DNA from: an uncultured Chloroflexia bacterium
Lineage (GTDB): Bacteria; Chloroflexota; Limnocylindria; Limnocylindrales; CSP1-4
Direction of reading: 5' to 3'
Assembly (NCBI GenBank): GCA_963778025.1
Contig: CAVZTA010000013.1
Location: forward strand, 27,811 to 91,810
DNA length: 64,000 nt
Shown in pieces: positions 36,300 to 44,926 of the stretch. The notes below the pieces were generated by a model. That model did not search any database and was not told the origin of the DNA. It saw nothing but the letters and a program-made list of their open reading frames with translations. A program made the translations under genes and the position numbers. The number at the start of each line of letters is the position of its first letter. Position 1 is the stretch's first letter.

Positions 36300-38222
36300 G
36301 TGACGACGGAGGCCACCGGCGGGTCGGCCTCCGGCACCACGGGCGAGACGCCGCCCGTCGCGGCGCTCGGGCCCGAGAGTGCGCCTCACGCTCCGGCCAC
36401 CGCCGCCTCGGGCGCGGCGGCACCCATCCGCCCGGCGTTCCTGGACGAGCTCTCGGGGGCGCACTACGCGCGCCTCGCGCGGTGCCTCGTCCTGTCGGGC
36501 AACGTCGACGACCTGTTCCCGAACGTCGGGGCGGGACCGCGCTACGTCGGCCTCGACCGCCTCCTCCGTGAGGCGTTCCACAACGCCCGCTATCCGACCA
36601 CCGGGCAGGCGGTCCGCTTCCTCGTGCTCGCGCTCCGGAGCGACGGCCTCGTGTTCGCGACCGACGACGACCGGCAGGTGCTCCTCGACGTGCTCGCGAC
36701 GCTGCGGCCGCCGAACGACGACCTCGCCGACCAGCTCCAGACGATCCTGCGCGAGGCCGCCCGTGAGCGGTCGTCCTCGCTGGTCACGCTGACGCTCGTC
36801 GCCGAGCTGCTCCGGCTGGCCGCCCGGATCCGCAAGCGGAAGATCCGTGTGCCACCCATCGCGGTGACCATCGACCACGCGGACACGCTCCTGCCGTCGG
36901 GCGACGTGGCGCGGATGCCGCCGCTCGACCGCGAGTCGGTGAAGGTGTTCGCGGATCTCCTTCGCGACGACGAGATCTGGGCCGAGGCCGAGACCGCCGA
37001 CGTGTATCCGGACGTCGTGCTGCTCATGGCGAGCGCCGCTGCGGAGCTCAATCAGCGGGTCTCGACCCTGCCCAAGGTCGTGCGCATCGATGTCCCGGCG
37101 CCCGACGAGGCGACCCGGCTCGCGTTCCTGCGCGACCGCCTCGCGGCGCGCGCGAGCAGCGGCGATGGACCGCTGCCCGACGGCTACACGGTCGAGGCAC
37201 TGAGCGTCGACTCGAAGGGCCTCACCCTGCGAGCGCTGGACGACCTGGTCACCGCGGCGCAGCGCGACCCCGCCACCTACCGGATCGATCGCGCGGCGGT
37301 GGTGACGGCCGTGAATCGCGTGCTCCAGGACCGGCTGGGCTCGATCATCAACGTCGTCTACCCGGACCACTCGATGGCCGATGTCGTCGGGTTCCGAGGC
37401 CTCCGCCGACGGCTCACCCAGCTCCGGCGCCGCTTCGACGACCCGGACCGCGCGCCGGCCGGCATCACCGTCGTCGGCCCCAACGGGGCAGGGAAGACGT
37501 TCATCCTCGAGGCGTTCGCCGCCGACACCCAACGCACGGTCATCACGCTCAGCCAGATCCGCAGCGAGTGGTACGGCAAGACCGACGTCTTCGCCGAGCA
37601 GTTCGAGAAGGGCATCAGCGCCTTCGGCCGGATCCTCGTGCTGGTCGACGAGGCGCACGTCGCGTTCGGCTCCATCCACAGTCGCGACACGCACGAGACC
37701 GAGGCGCGGCTCACGCGCCACATCATCCAGATGATCGACGACCTGTACCTGCGGTCACGGGTCGTCTGGGCGCTCATCACCACCCGCCCGGATCTGCTGG
37801 ACCCGGACTTCGTCCGATCCGGGCGCTGTTCGGTGTTCGTGCCGATCTTCGACCCCGAGGGCGACGACCTGACCGACTTCGCGGCGATGGTCGAGCAGCG
37901 GCTGGTGAAGGCCGGCGTCACCTTCTCGCCCGAGGAGCACGCCCTGTTCGTGGACAAGTCGAAGGGCTTCTCGGCGGGCGACTTCCGCGAGTTCAGCGAC
38001 GACTTCGCCGACGAGCGCTCGTTCGACCCGGACCGGTCCCTCGCCGACTTCCTGACCGGCTGGACGCCGTCGTCGGTGGCGCTCGCCCGCGAGCGCGAGG
38101 TGCAGATCCTGCTTGCCGCGCTGAACTGCGACTGGCCGGAGCTCCTCCCCGAGCGCCTCAAGGGCGTCCCCAAGGACGAGCTGCGCGCGCGCCTCGACGA
38201 GCTGCAGCTCCGCCTCCGGTAG
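36300..38222 (+). CDS. Classical-clade AAA+ ATPase with degenerate N-terminal AAA-like domain
   Basis: Walker A GPNGAGKT (37476-37499), pore loop SEWYG, Walker B VLVDE, SRH TTRPDLLDPDFVRSGR, GFSAGD lid. Confidence 0.9.
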   Translation: MTTEATGGSASGTTGETPPVAALGPESAPHAPATAASGAAAPIRPAFLDELSGAHYARLARCLVLSGNVDDLFPNVGAGPRYVGLDRLLREAFHNARYPTTGQAVRFLVLALRSDGLVFATDDDRQVLLDVLATLRPPNDDLADQLQTILREAARERSSSLVTLTLVAELLRLAARIRKRKIRVPPIAVTIDHADTLLPSGDVARMPPLDRESVKVFADLLRDDEIWAEAETADVYPDVVLLMASAAAELNQRVSTLPKVVRIDVPAPDEATRLAFLRDRLAARASSGDGPLPDGYTVEALSVDSKGLTLRALDDLVTAAQRDPATYRIDRAAVVTAVNRVLQDRLGSIINVVYPDHSMADVVGFRGLRRRLTQLRRRFDDPDRAPAGITVVGPNGAGKTFILEAFAADTQRTVITLSQIRSEWYGKTDVFAEQFEKGISAFGRILVLVDEAHVAFGSIHSRDTHETEARLTRHIIQMIDDLYLRSRVVWALITTRPDLLDPDFVRSGRCSVFVPIFDPEGDDLTDFAAMVEQRLVKAGVTFSPEEHALFVDKSKGFSAGDFREFSDDFADERSFDPDRSLADFLTGWTPSSVALAREREVQILLAALNCDWPELLPERLKGVPKDELRARLDELQLRLR

Positions 38223-38391
38223 GTCGGCGGCCCGCGGCGCATCGTCGTCATCGGCCGGGTCCGCAAAGCCATCCACATCCCGCGGCCAGCCGCTTGACGG
38301 GCGACATCGCGATGCGACGATGCGTCCGCGAGGAGGTGGCGGTGGTCGCGATGCAGGTATCGACGGCGCGTGATCCGGGGATGCGGCCCCG

Positions 38392-39934
38392 ATGACCGCG
38401 GCGCCGCCGGTCCAGGGGATGGTCACGATCGATGACGGCCCCCTCTCGCTCGCCGACCTGTGCGCGGTCGCACGGGGCGCCCACCTGCAGCTGGGGCCGG
38501 CGGCACGGGCGCGGATCGCCGATGCGCGGGCGGTCGTGGACGAGGCCGTCGATGGCCCCGACCTGATCTACGGGCTGAACACCGGTCTCGGCCACATGCG
38601 CGACGTTCGTGTCGACCGCGGGACGCTCGGCCTGTACCAGGAGGTCATCGTCAGGAGCCACGTCGGCGCGATCGGCCGGCCGCTCCCGACGGATGTCGTG
38701 CGGGCGGCGATCGCCGTCCGGATCAATGGCTTCGCGCGCGGCGGCTCCGGGATCAGCCCGGCGGTCGCCGACGGCCTCGTTGCGATGCTCGAGGCGGGCA
38801 TCCATCCCGTCATCGGCGAGACAGGCTCGGTCGGTGCCGCGGACCTCATGCACATGGCGGCCATCGCGCAGGTGCTCATCGGAGCCGGGCGCGCCGAGCT
38901 CCGCGGCGAGATCCTCGATGGCGCCGAGGCCCTCCGGCGAGCCGGGTTGGCACCCGTCCGGCTGGGCCCCAAGGACGGCCTCGCCCTCATCTCGGCGAAC
39001 GGCGTGTCCATCGGGCGTGGCGCCCTCGTCATCGACCGCGCGACCCGCCTGGCACGAGCCGTCGACGTGGTGTTCGCGCTCAGCCTGGAGTCGGTGCGGG
39101 GCAACCCGTCCATCGTCGAGCCGATCGTGGCCCGGTCCAAGCCGGTCCCCGGACAGCGCGAGGCGGCGACGCGGATCCGCCGGTTCCTCACGGGCAGCGG
39201 CCGTTGCGAGCCGGGCGGCGCCACATCCGTGCAGGACCCGCTGTCGTTCCGGGTCGCTCCCCAGGTGCACGGCGCGCTGCGCACGTTCCTGACCCTCGCG
39301 CGCGACGCCGTCGAGCTGGAGCTGAACGCCGCGGACGACAACCCGGTCGTCGACATCGACGAAGGCCGGCTCGTCAGCAACGGCAACTTCCATCCCATCG
39401 CGATGGCGCTCGCCTTCGATGCGCTGCGCCCGGCGCTCGCGCATGTCGGCGTGCTGGCGGATCGCCGGCTCGACCATCACTGGCGGCTCGTGTTCGCGCA
39501 GGAGATGACCGAGGAGCTCCTCCTGGGGCTCGCTGACTCGGGCGCGCTCCTGCGCTACGCGGCGGCCGCCCGGACTGGGGACCTGCGCGCGCTCGCGGCG
39601 CCCGCGACGCTCGACATCGGCTCCCTGGATCTCGGGCAGGAGGACCATTCCACGAACGCGCCGACGACCGTCGCCCGCACGGACGCCGCCCTCGACGCGC
39701 TCGCGGACGTGTTGGCGACCGAGGTGCTCAGCGCCCGCTGGCTGCTCCGCCTGAACGAGACCATCGATCTCGGGGTGGGGACGGCAGCGGCGCTCGGCGC
39801 GGTCGAGACGGTCCTCGCCGGGCTGCCCGAGACGGCGACGACCGAGGACCGCCACGCGGCGGTCCGCGACCAGCTCGACACGACGATCGTCGAGGCCGCC
39901 GAAATCGACGCTCGAGTCCACGATCCGACGATGA
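38392..39934 (+). CDS. Histidine ammonia-lyase-like protein lacking the MIO tripeptide (3' end uncertain; reads in-frame into MFS gene)
   Basis: IYGLNTGLG, GSVGAADL, KDGLALISAN, QDPLSFR..PQVHG, DNP, GNFH, GQEDH. Confidence 0.85.
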
Positions 39935-41343
39935 CGGCTCGGCCGCGCCCGGCCGCGGCGGGCGGGCTCGTCCTGCTTGCGGCGCTGGCGTCCTTCACCG
40001 CGAACCTCGACCTCAGCATCGTCAACCTCGCGCTGCCGGTCATCGGCAAGGCGTTCGGCGCCGGGCAGGCGGAGCTCGCGTGGGTCGTGAACGCGTACGT
40101 CCTGCCGTACGCCGTCTCGATCCTCGCGGTCGGCCGGCTGGGCGATGGGTTCGGCCACCGGCGCGTGCTTGCGTACGGCGCCCTCCTGTTCGCCCTCGGG
40201 TCGTTCGTCGCGGCGGCGGCCGGCGTCGCGGGCGGCTACCCGGCGCTGCTCCTGGGTCGCGCGATGCAGGGCCTCGGCGGAAGCGCGTTGCTCACCATCG
40301 CGCTCGCCGTCGTGTCCGCGAACTTCAGCGGGGAAGCACGGGGCGTCGCGCTGGGGCGGTACTTCGCGGCCGGCGCCGGGGCGGCGGTCATCGGTCCGCT
40401 GATCGGCGCGGTCCTCGCCTCGGTGTTCGGATGGCCGGGCATCTTCGCGAGCCAGGTGCCGCTGGGCATCCTCGTCGCGGTGCTGGCGTGGCGGCTGCTG
40501 CCCGATGCGTCCCGGACCCGCCACGTGTCGCTCGATGTGCCGGCGCTCGTCGCCGCGACGATCGCGCTCGCCGGCATCAATGTGGCCCTCCTCCAGGGCG
40601 AAGCGTGGGGCTGGACGTCAGCCGCGATCCTCGGAGCGTGGGCGGTGGCGGCGGTCGCGCTGGCCGCGTTCGTGGTGCGGGAGCGCACCGCTGCGGAGCC
40701 AGCCGTTCGGCTGGCCATCTTCCGCAGCCGCGGCTTCGTGGCGTCGGCGCTGGTCGGCGCCGCGGCCTGGTTCGGCATCCTGTCGGGCTCGATCCAGCTC
40801 GCGATCTATCTGCAGGTCGGGCGGGGGCTCGGGGCGCTGGAAGCGGCGCTCGTGCTCGTCCCGTGGCCGCTCGTCGCCGCGTTCCTGTTCCCACGGTCGG
40901 CCGCCATCGCCCGCCGGTTCGGCCCCGATCGGACGATGACGGCCTGCCTCCTCGTCGCGGTGATCGCCGCGGCGCTGATGATCGGCCTCGACGCGTCGAC
41001 GCCCCTGCCGGTCGTGTCGCTCCTCGCGGCACTGGGCGGCGCGCCCATCGCCGTCGCGGTCACCGCCAGCACGCTTCGGGCACTCGCGGACTTCCCGCCG
41101 CAGGAGGCGGGCGTGGCCTCGGGCGTGTTCAACAGCCTGCGCCAGGTCGGGGCGTCGCTCGGCGTGGCCATCCCGGCGGCGGTCTTCGAGCTGGTGGCCG
41201 CCACGAGCGGCCCGGCCGCGGCGACGTCGGCCGCGTTCGCGTCGCGTGCCGTGGTGTTCGGCCTGGTGCTGGTGGCGGTCGTGGGGCTCCTGGGTACGCG
41301 CCCACGAGCCACCGCCGCGCCCGCGGGCGCGCCCGCCACCTGA
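39931..41343 (+). CDS. MFS transporter (DHA2/14-TM-like)
   Basis: LDLSIVNLALP, WVVNAY, GRLGDGFGHRR motif A, GRAMQGLGG, GVASGVFNSLRQVG. Confidence 0.9.
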   Translation: MTARPRPAAAGGLVLLAALASFTANLDLSIVNLALPVIGKAFGAGQAELAWVVNAYVLPYAVSILAVGRLGDGFGHRRVLAYGALLFALGSFVAAAAGVAGGYPALLLGRAMQGLGGSALLTIALAVVSANFSGEARGVALGRYFAAGAGAAVIGPLIGAVLASVFGWPGIFASQVPLGILVAVLAWRLLPDASRTRHVSLDVPALVAATIALAGINVALLQGEAWGWTSAAILGAWAVAAVALAAFVVRERTAAEPAVRLAIFRSRGFVASALVGAAAWFGILSGSIQLAIYLQVGRGLGALEAALVLVPWPLVAAFLFPRSAAIARRFGPDRTMTACLLVAVIAAALMIGLDASTPLPVVSLLAALGGAPIAVAVTASTLRALADFPPQEAGVASGVFNSLRQVGASLGVAIPAAVFELVAATSGPAAATSAAFASRAVVFGLVLVAVVGLLGTRPRATAAPAGAPAT

Positions 41344-41548
41344 GGCACCGCTTGACCCGTCCGCGCGCTCGGTCCCATCATCGGTCCGTGACCCGTCCGC
41401 GGCGCTCGATGGCGATGCCCGGGCGGCCCCGTCTCGCGCGAAGCTAGCCTTCGCCGGCGGCCGGCCGCCGCACCCTCGCGCGTCCAGCGACGCGCCCTCA
41501 TCGTCCCGAGTCCTTGCCGGCCCGCGCCGGTCACCCCACGAGGACCTC

Positions 41549-43192
41549 ATGCCCGACCGTCCGCGCTTCTACCTCACGACCGCCATCGCCTACGCCAACA
41601 ACGCGCCCGGCCTCCACACCGTCTACGAGGTCATCGGCGCGGATGCCATCGCGCGGTGGCATCGCATGAAGGGCGACGACACGCGGTTCCTCACCGGCAC
41701 CGACGAGCACTCGGTGAACATCGCGATGTCGGCCGAGGCGCAGGGCCGGACGCCGCGCGACTTCGTCGACGAGAAGGTCGAGCTGTTCCGGTCGGCCGAG
41801 GACGCGCTGCTCATCAGCCCCGATCGGTTCATCCGGACCACGGACCCCGATCACTACCGGGCGGCCCAGGAGGTCGTCCGGCGGGCGCACGCGAACGGCG
41901 ACATCTACCTCGGCACGTACGAGGGCTGGTACTGCCCGAACGAGGGCTTCAAGGCCCCCTCGGACCTGCTCGAGACGTCGAACGGCTGGCGCTGTCCCAA
42001 CCATCCCGACGTCCCCCTCCAGTGGCTGACCGAGCGCAACTGGTTCTTCCGCCTGTCGGCGTACCAGGAGCGGCTCGAGCGCTGGTTCGAGGAGCACCCC
42101 GACTTCGTGCGGCCCGAGTACCGCCGCAACGAGATGCTCGGCTTCATCCGCCAGGGGCTCGAGGACTTCTCGATCTCGCGCGCCGGCGCCGCGTGGGGCA
42201 TCCCGTTCCCGATCGGCGAGGATGGCCAGACCGCCCAGCGGGAGGATGGGTCGTGGGATCCCGAGGCCGGCACCATCTACGTCTGGTACGACGCGCTCAT
42301 CAACTACATCACCGGCGCGGGCTTCCCCGACGACCCGGACGCGTTCGCGAGGTGGTGGCCGGCCGATCTCCACGTCATCGGCAAGGACATCGCGCGGTTC
42401 CACACGATCTACTGGCCCGCGATGCTGTGGTCGGCCGGGCTCGAGGCGCCACGCCAGGTGTGGGTCCACGGGTTCATGACCGTCCAGGGCGAGAAGATGT
42501 CGAAGAGCCGCGGCAACTTCCTCGACCCCGCCGCGGTCGTCGACGCGTTCGGTGCCGACGGCGCGCGCTACGTGACGCTCCGCGAGATCCCGTTCGACCG
42601 CGATGCCGACGTCTCGTGGGACTCGTTCGTGCGGCGCTACAACGCCGATCTCGCGAACGACTTCGGCAACCTCGTGAACCGCACGGTCTCGATGGTCAAC
42701 CGCTACCTCGACGGGGAGCGGCCGGCCCCGCGGCCGGTCGGCGAGTCGCCGCTGGCCGAAGGCTGGGCGGCCACGCTGCGGACGGTCGAGGAGCGGCTCG
42801 ACGGCTGCCTGTTGCATGACGCGCTCGCGGAGCTCTGGGAGTTCGTGCGCGGCGCCAACAAGACGGTCGACGCCGAGCAGCCCTGGACGCTCGCCAAGGC
42901 GGCGAAGGCGGGTGACGAGGCGGCCGCCGCGCGCCTCCGTGCGGTGCTGGGCGACCTGGTGGAGGCGTGCCGGCTGGTCGGGCTCGCCGCCGCGCCGGTG
43001 ATGCCGGGCATCGCACCGCGCCTCCTGGCGCAGCTCGGGCACCGCTACGGCTACGACCCGACCGGCAACGGCGGGCCGCCGATCCATGCCGAGCTCCAGT
43101 GGGCCGCACATGCCGCCGACGCGGGCCGGGTCACGGCACCCGAGCCGCTCTTCCCGCGGCTCGATGTGGAGGTCGCGGAAACCACCGGTTGA
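41549..43192 (+). CDS. metG: Methionyl-tRNA synthetase (short form) with non-canonical HIGH motif
   Basis: FYLTTAIAY, TGTDEH, FIRTT, YVWYDALINY, GKDIARFH, KMSKS, YNADLANDFGNL. Confidence 0.96.
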   Translation: MPDRPRFYLTTAIAYANNAPGLHTVYEVIGADAIARWHRMKGDDTRFLTGTDEHSVNIAMSAEAQGRTPRDFVDEKVELFRSAEDALLISPDRFIRTTDPDHYRAAQEVVRRAHANGDIYLGTYEGWYCPNEGFKAPSDLLETSNGWRCPNHPDVPLQWLTERNWFFRLSAYQERLERWFEEHPDFVRPEYRRNEMLGFIRQGLEDFSISRAGAAWGIPFPIGEDGQTAQREDGSWDPEAGTIYVWYDALINYITGAGFPDDPDAFARWWPADLHVIGKDIARFHTIYWPAMLWSAGLEAPRQVWVHGFMTVQGEKMSKSRGNFLDPAAVVDAFGADGARYVTLREIPFDRDADVSWDSFVRRYNADLANDFGNLVNRTVSMVNRYLDGERPAPRPVGESPLAEGWAATLRTVEERLDGCLLHDALAELWEFVRGANKTVDAEQPWTLAKAAKAGDEAAAARLRAVLGDLVEACRLVGLAAAPVMPGIAPRLLAQLGHRYGYDPTGNGGPPIHAELQWAAHAADAGRVTAPEPLFPRLDVEVAETTG

Positions 43193-43246
43193 TCTCCCGG
43201 GCGTACGCTCGGCCGACGCACCGGGTCACCTCCAGGAGGACGCACC

Positions 43247-43606
43247 ATGGCCAAGGGCACCATCACGCATATCGAGTTCCCGGCCGATGACGTGGATCGG
43301 GCACGGGACTTCTACGCCGCCGTCGCCGGCTGGGAGCTCACTGAGATGGAGGGCTTCCCGGGCTACCTCGTGTTCCGCTCCGAGGAGGGCCACGGCGGCG
43401 GTCTCGGCAAGCGCGGCGAGTCGGTCGGCTCGGTCGTCCGCGTGTACATCACGGTCGACAAGCTCGAGGACGCCATCGCGACGGCCGAGCAGCACGGCGG
43501 GTCGGTGGTCACGCCGCCCAGCGAGATCCCGGGCATGGGTCGCTGGGCCGCGGTGACCGATTCGGAGGGCAACGAGATCGGCCTCTGGGAGAACATCCCG
43601 GGCTGA
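43247..43606 (+). CDS. VOC/glyoxalase-family protein
   Basis: THIEFPADD..RA..FY, YITVD, DSEGNEIGLWE; AGGAGG SD. Confidence 0.9.
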   Translation: MAKGTITHIEFPADDVDRARDFYAAVAGWELTEMEGFPGYLVFRSEEGHGGGLGKRGESVGSVVRVYITVDKLEDAIATAEQHGGSVVTPPSEIPGMGRWAAVTDSEGNEIGLWENIPG

Positions 43607-43617
43607 CGGGCGCGCAG

Positions 43618-43637
43618 CCCCCCGCGGCGGCGGGGGG
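43618..43637 (+). terminator. GC-rich hairpin after metG-VOC
   Basis: CCCCCCGC-GGCG-GCGGGGGG. Confidence 0.55.
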
Positions 43638-43645
43638 CCGCGTCG

Positions 43646-44718
43646 GTGTGCCGCGCCAGACACCATCCGACGAAGGAGTCCGTGCTCCGTCGCCGATCGG
43701 GTCCGGTGGGGGCTCGGACCGCTACCGAGCGCCCGGTCAAGCGCCGGTTGGTGCTGTGCCAGTACCGCCCGACCCCATCACAGGACGACGATGCCGTTGC
43801 GTTCGGGTGGCAGCCCTCGCGAGACCCGGGCCATCACCGCGCGCGTATCGAGCGGGAACGAGGCGCGCAGTGCCTCGCGGTGGAGGGCAAGGACGCGCCG
43901 GTTGTGATGCGTGTCGGCCACCAGCAGGATGAGGACCGGGAGCCCGGCGTCTCGCTGCTTCTGCAGCGCCCGGCGTTCGAGCGCCTGCAGGTCCGCCAGA
44001 TGCGTCTCGGCTTCGACACCGATGCGTCGTCGAGCCAGGATCGCCGTCCCATCGATCCCGCGCAGATCACCCGGGATCGCAAGGGGCGTCTCTCGTCGGA
44101 ACGGTGTCCCGGGCGGGAGCCGACCCTCGAACCGCGTCAGGAGTCGCGTCTGGCCAGCATCGCGGATCGGGTCGCCGTCGGGATACGCCTTGCCGCTCAG
44201 CCGCAGCCCGACGGCGGCACACGCCAGGGACACCTGCAGGACCGTCACATTTGCCAGTACGCCACGCTCGATCCGTCCCAGCACCGAGTAGCTCATCCCG
44301 ACGCTCGCGGCCGCGGCGCGAAGGCTCAGCCCCGCGCTGATCCGAGCGTTCCGGATCTCAGCGCCGAGCTTCCGACGGAGGTCGACCGCTGTGGCGCGGG
44401 CGCGATCGGATCGCCGTTGGGTGGTCGCCATCGGCGCACCGTCGCAGACGGCACGTAGCTGTGACTTAGCCGCCGGTCTCCGAAACCTGGGCCCGCCACC
44501 GCGGTGCTCGCTGCAGCGGTGCTGGTCAACCACGAGGACGTCCGGTTCTTGTCCGGGACGTTGAAGACCTCGCGAAGCGGGAGGGTGGCTCGTCCATGGT
44601 GCTGTCTCCGCACCATCCGACGAACCAAGGGCCTGTCCGTCGCGGTCCGTGTCGCTGGCAGCACCGATCGGCCGACCAGCGCCTCGAGGTTCGTCGGTTG
44701 GTGCCCCAGGCGGCACAC
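43646..44718. mobile_element. Candidate selfish cassette: HTH-nuclease gene bounded by four REP-like units
   Basis: Outer 29-nt inverted repeats 43646-43674 and 44690-44718 (23/29 identical); inner copies near 43743-43766 and 44598-44626. Confidence 0.5.
43778..44431 (-). CDS. XRE-type HTH fused to a PD-(D/E)xK-like nuclease-fold domain
   Basis: IRNARISAGLSLRAAAASVGMS....GRIERG HTH; RRE...GID...GVEAET acidic motif. Confidence 0.75.
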   Translation of the reverse strand: MATTQRRSDRARATAVDLRRKLGAEIRNARISAGLSLRAAAASVGMSYSVLGRIERGVLANVTVLQVSLACAAVGLRLSGKAYPDGDPIRDAGQTRLLTRFEGRLPPGTPFRRETPLAIPGDLRGIDGTAILARRRIGVEAETHLADLQALERRALQKQRDAGLPVLILLVADTHHNRRVLALHREALRASFPLDTRAVMARVSRGLPPERNGIVVL

Positions 44719-44926
44719 AGGCACATGAGGGGTCCCCGCCGCGCCCGTCGCTTCGGGGACTTGGGTCATCCGCGATCGTGGTCCGCCGCACGTGTGGGAG
44801 GCGTTGTCGAGTGGCGCGCGGACGGGGAGCGCCCGCGCCGCGTGCGGGAGTGCGGGGTCGATGCATCAGCCCGATCGATCGGCTCGGCTGTGGCAGGCGG
44901 ACGTCGCTGCGGCAGACTGCGCATCG

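Noticed and set aside
38392-39934. Canonical hutH annotation
   Set aside because: The ASG needed to form MIO is absent and there are no neighbouring hut genes.
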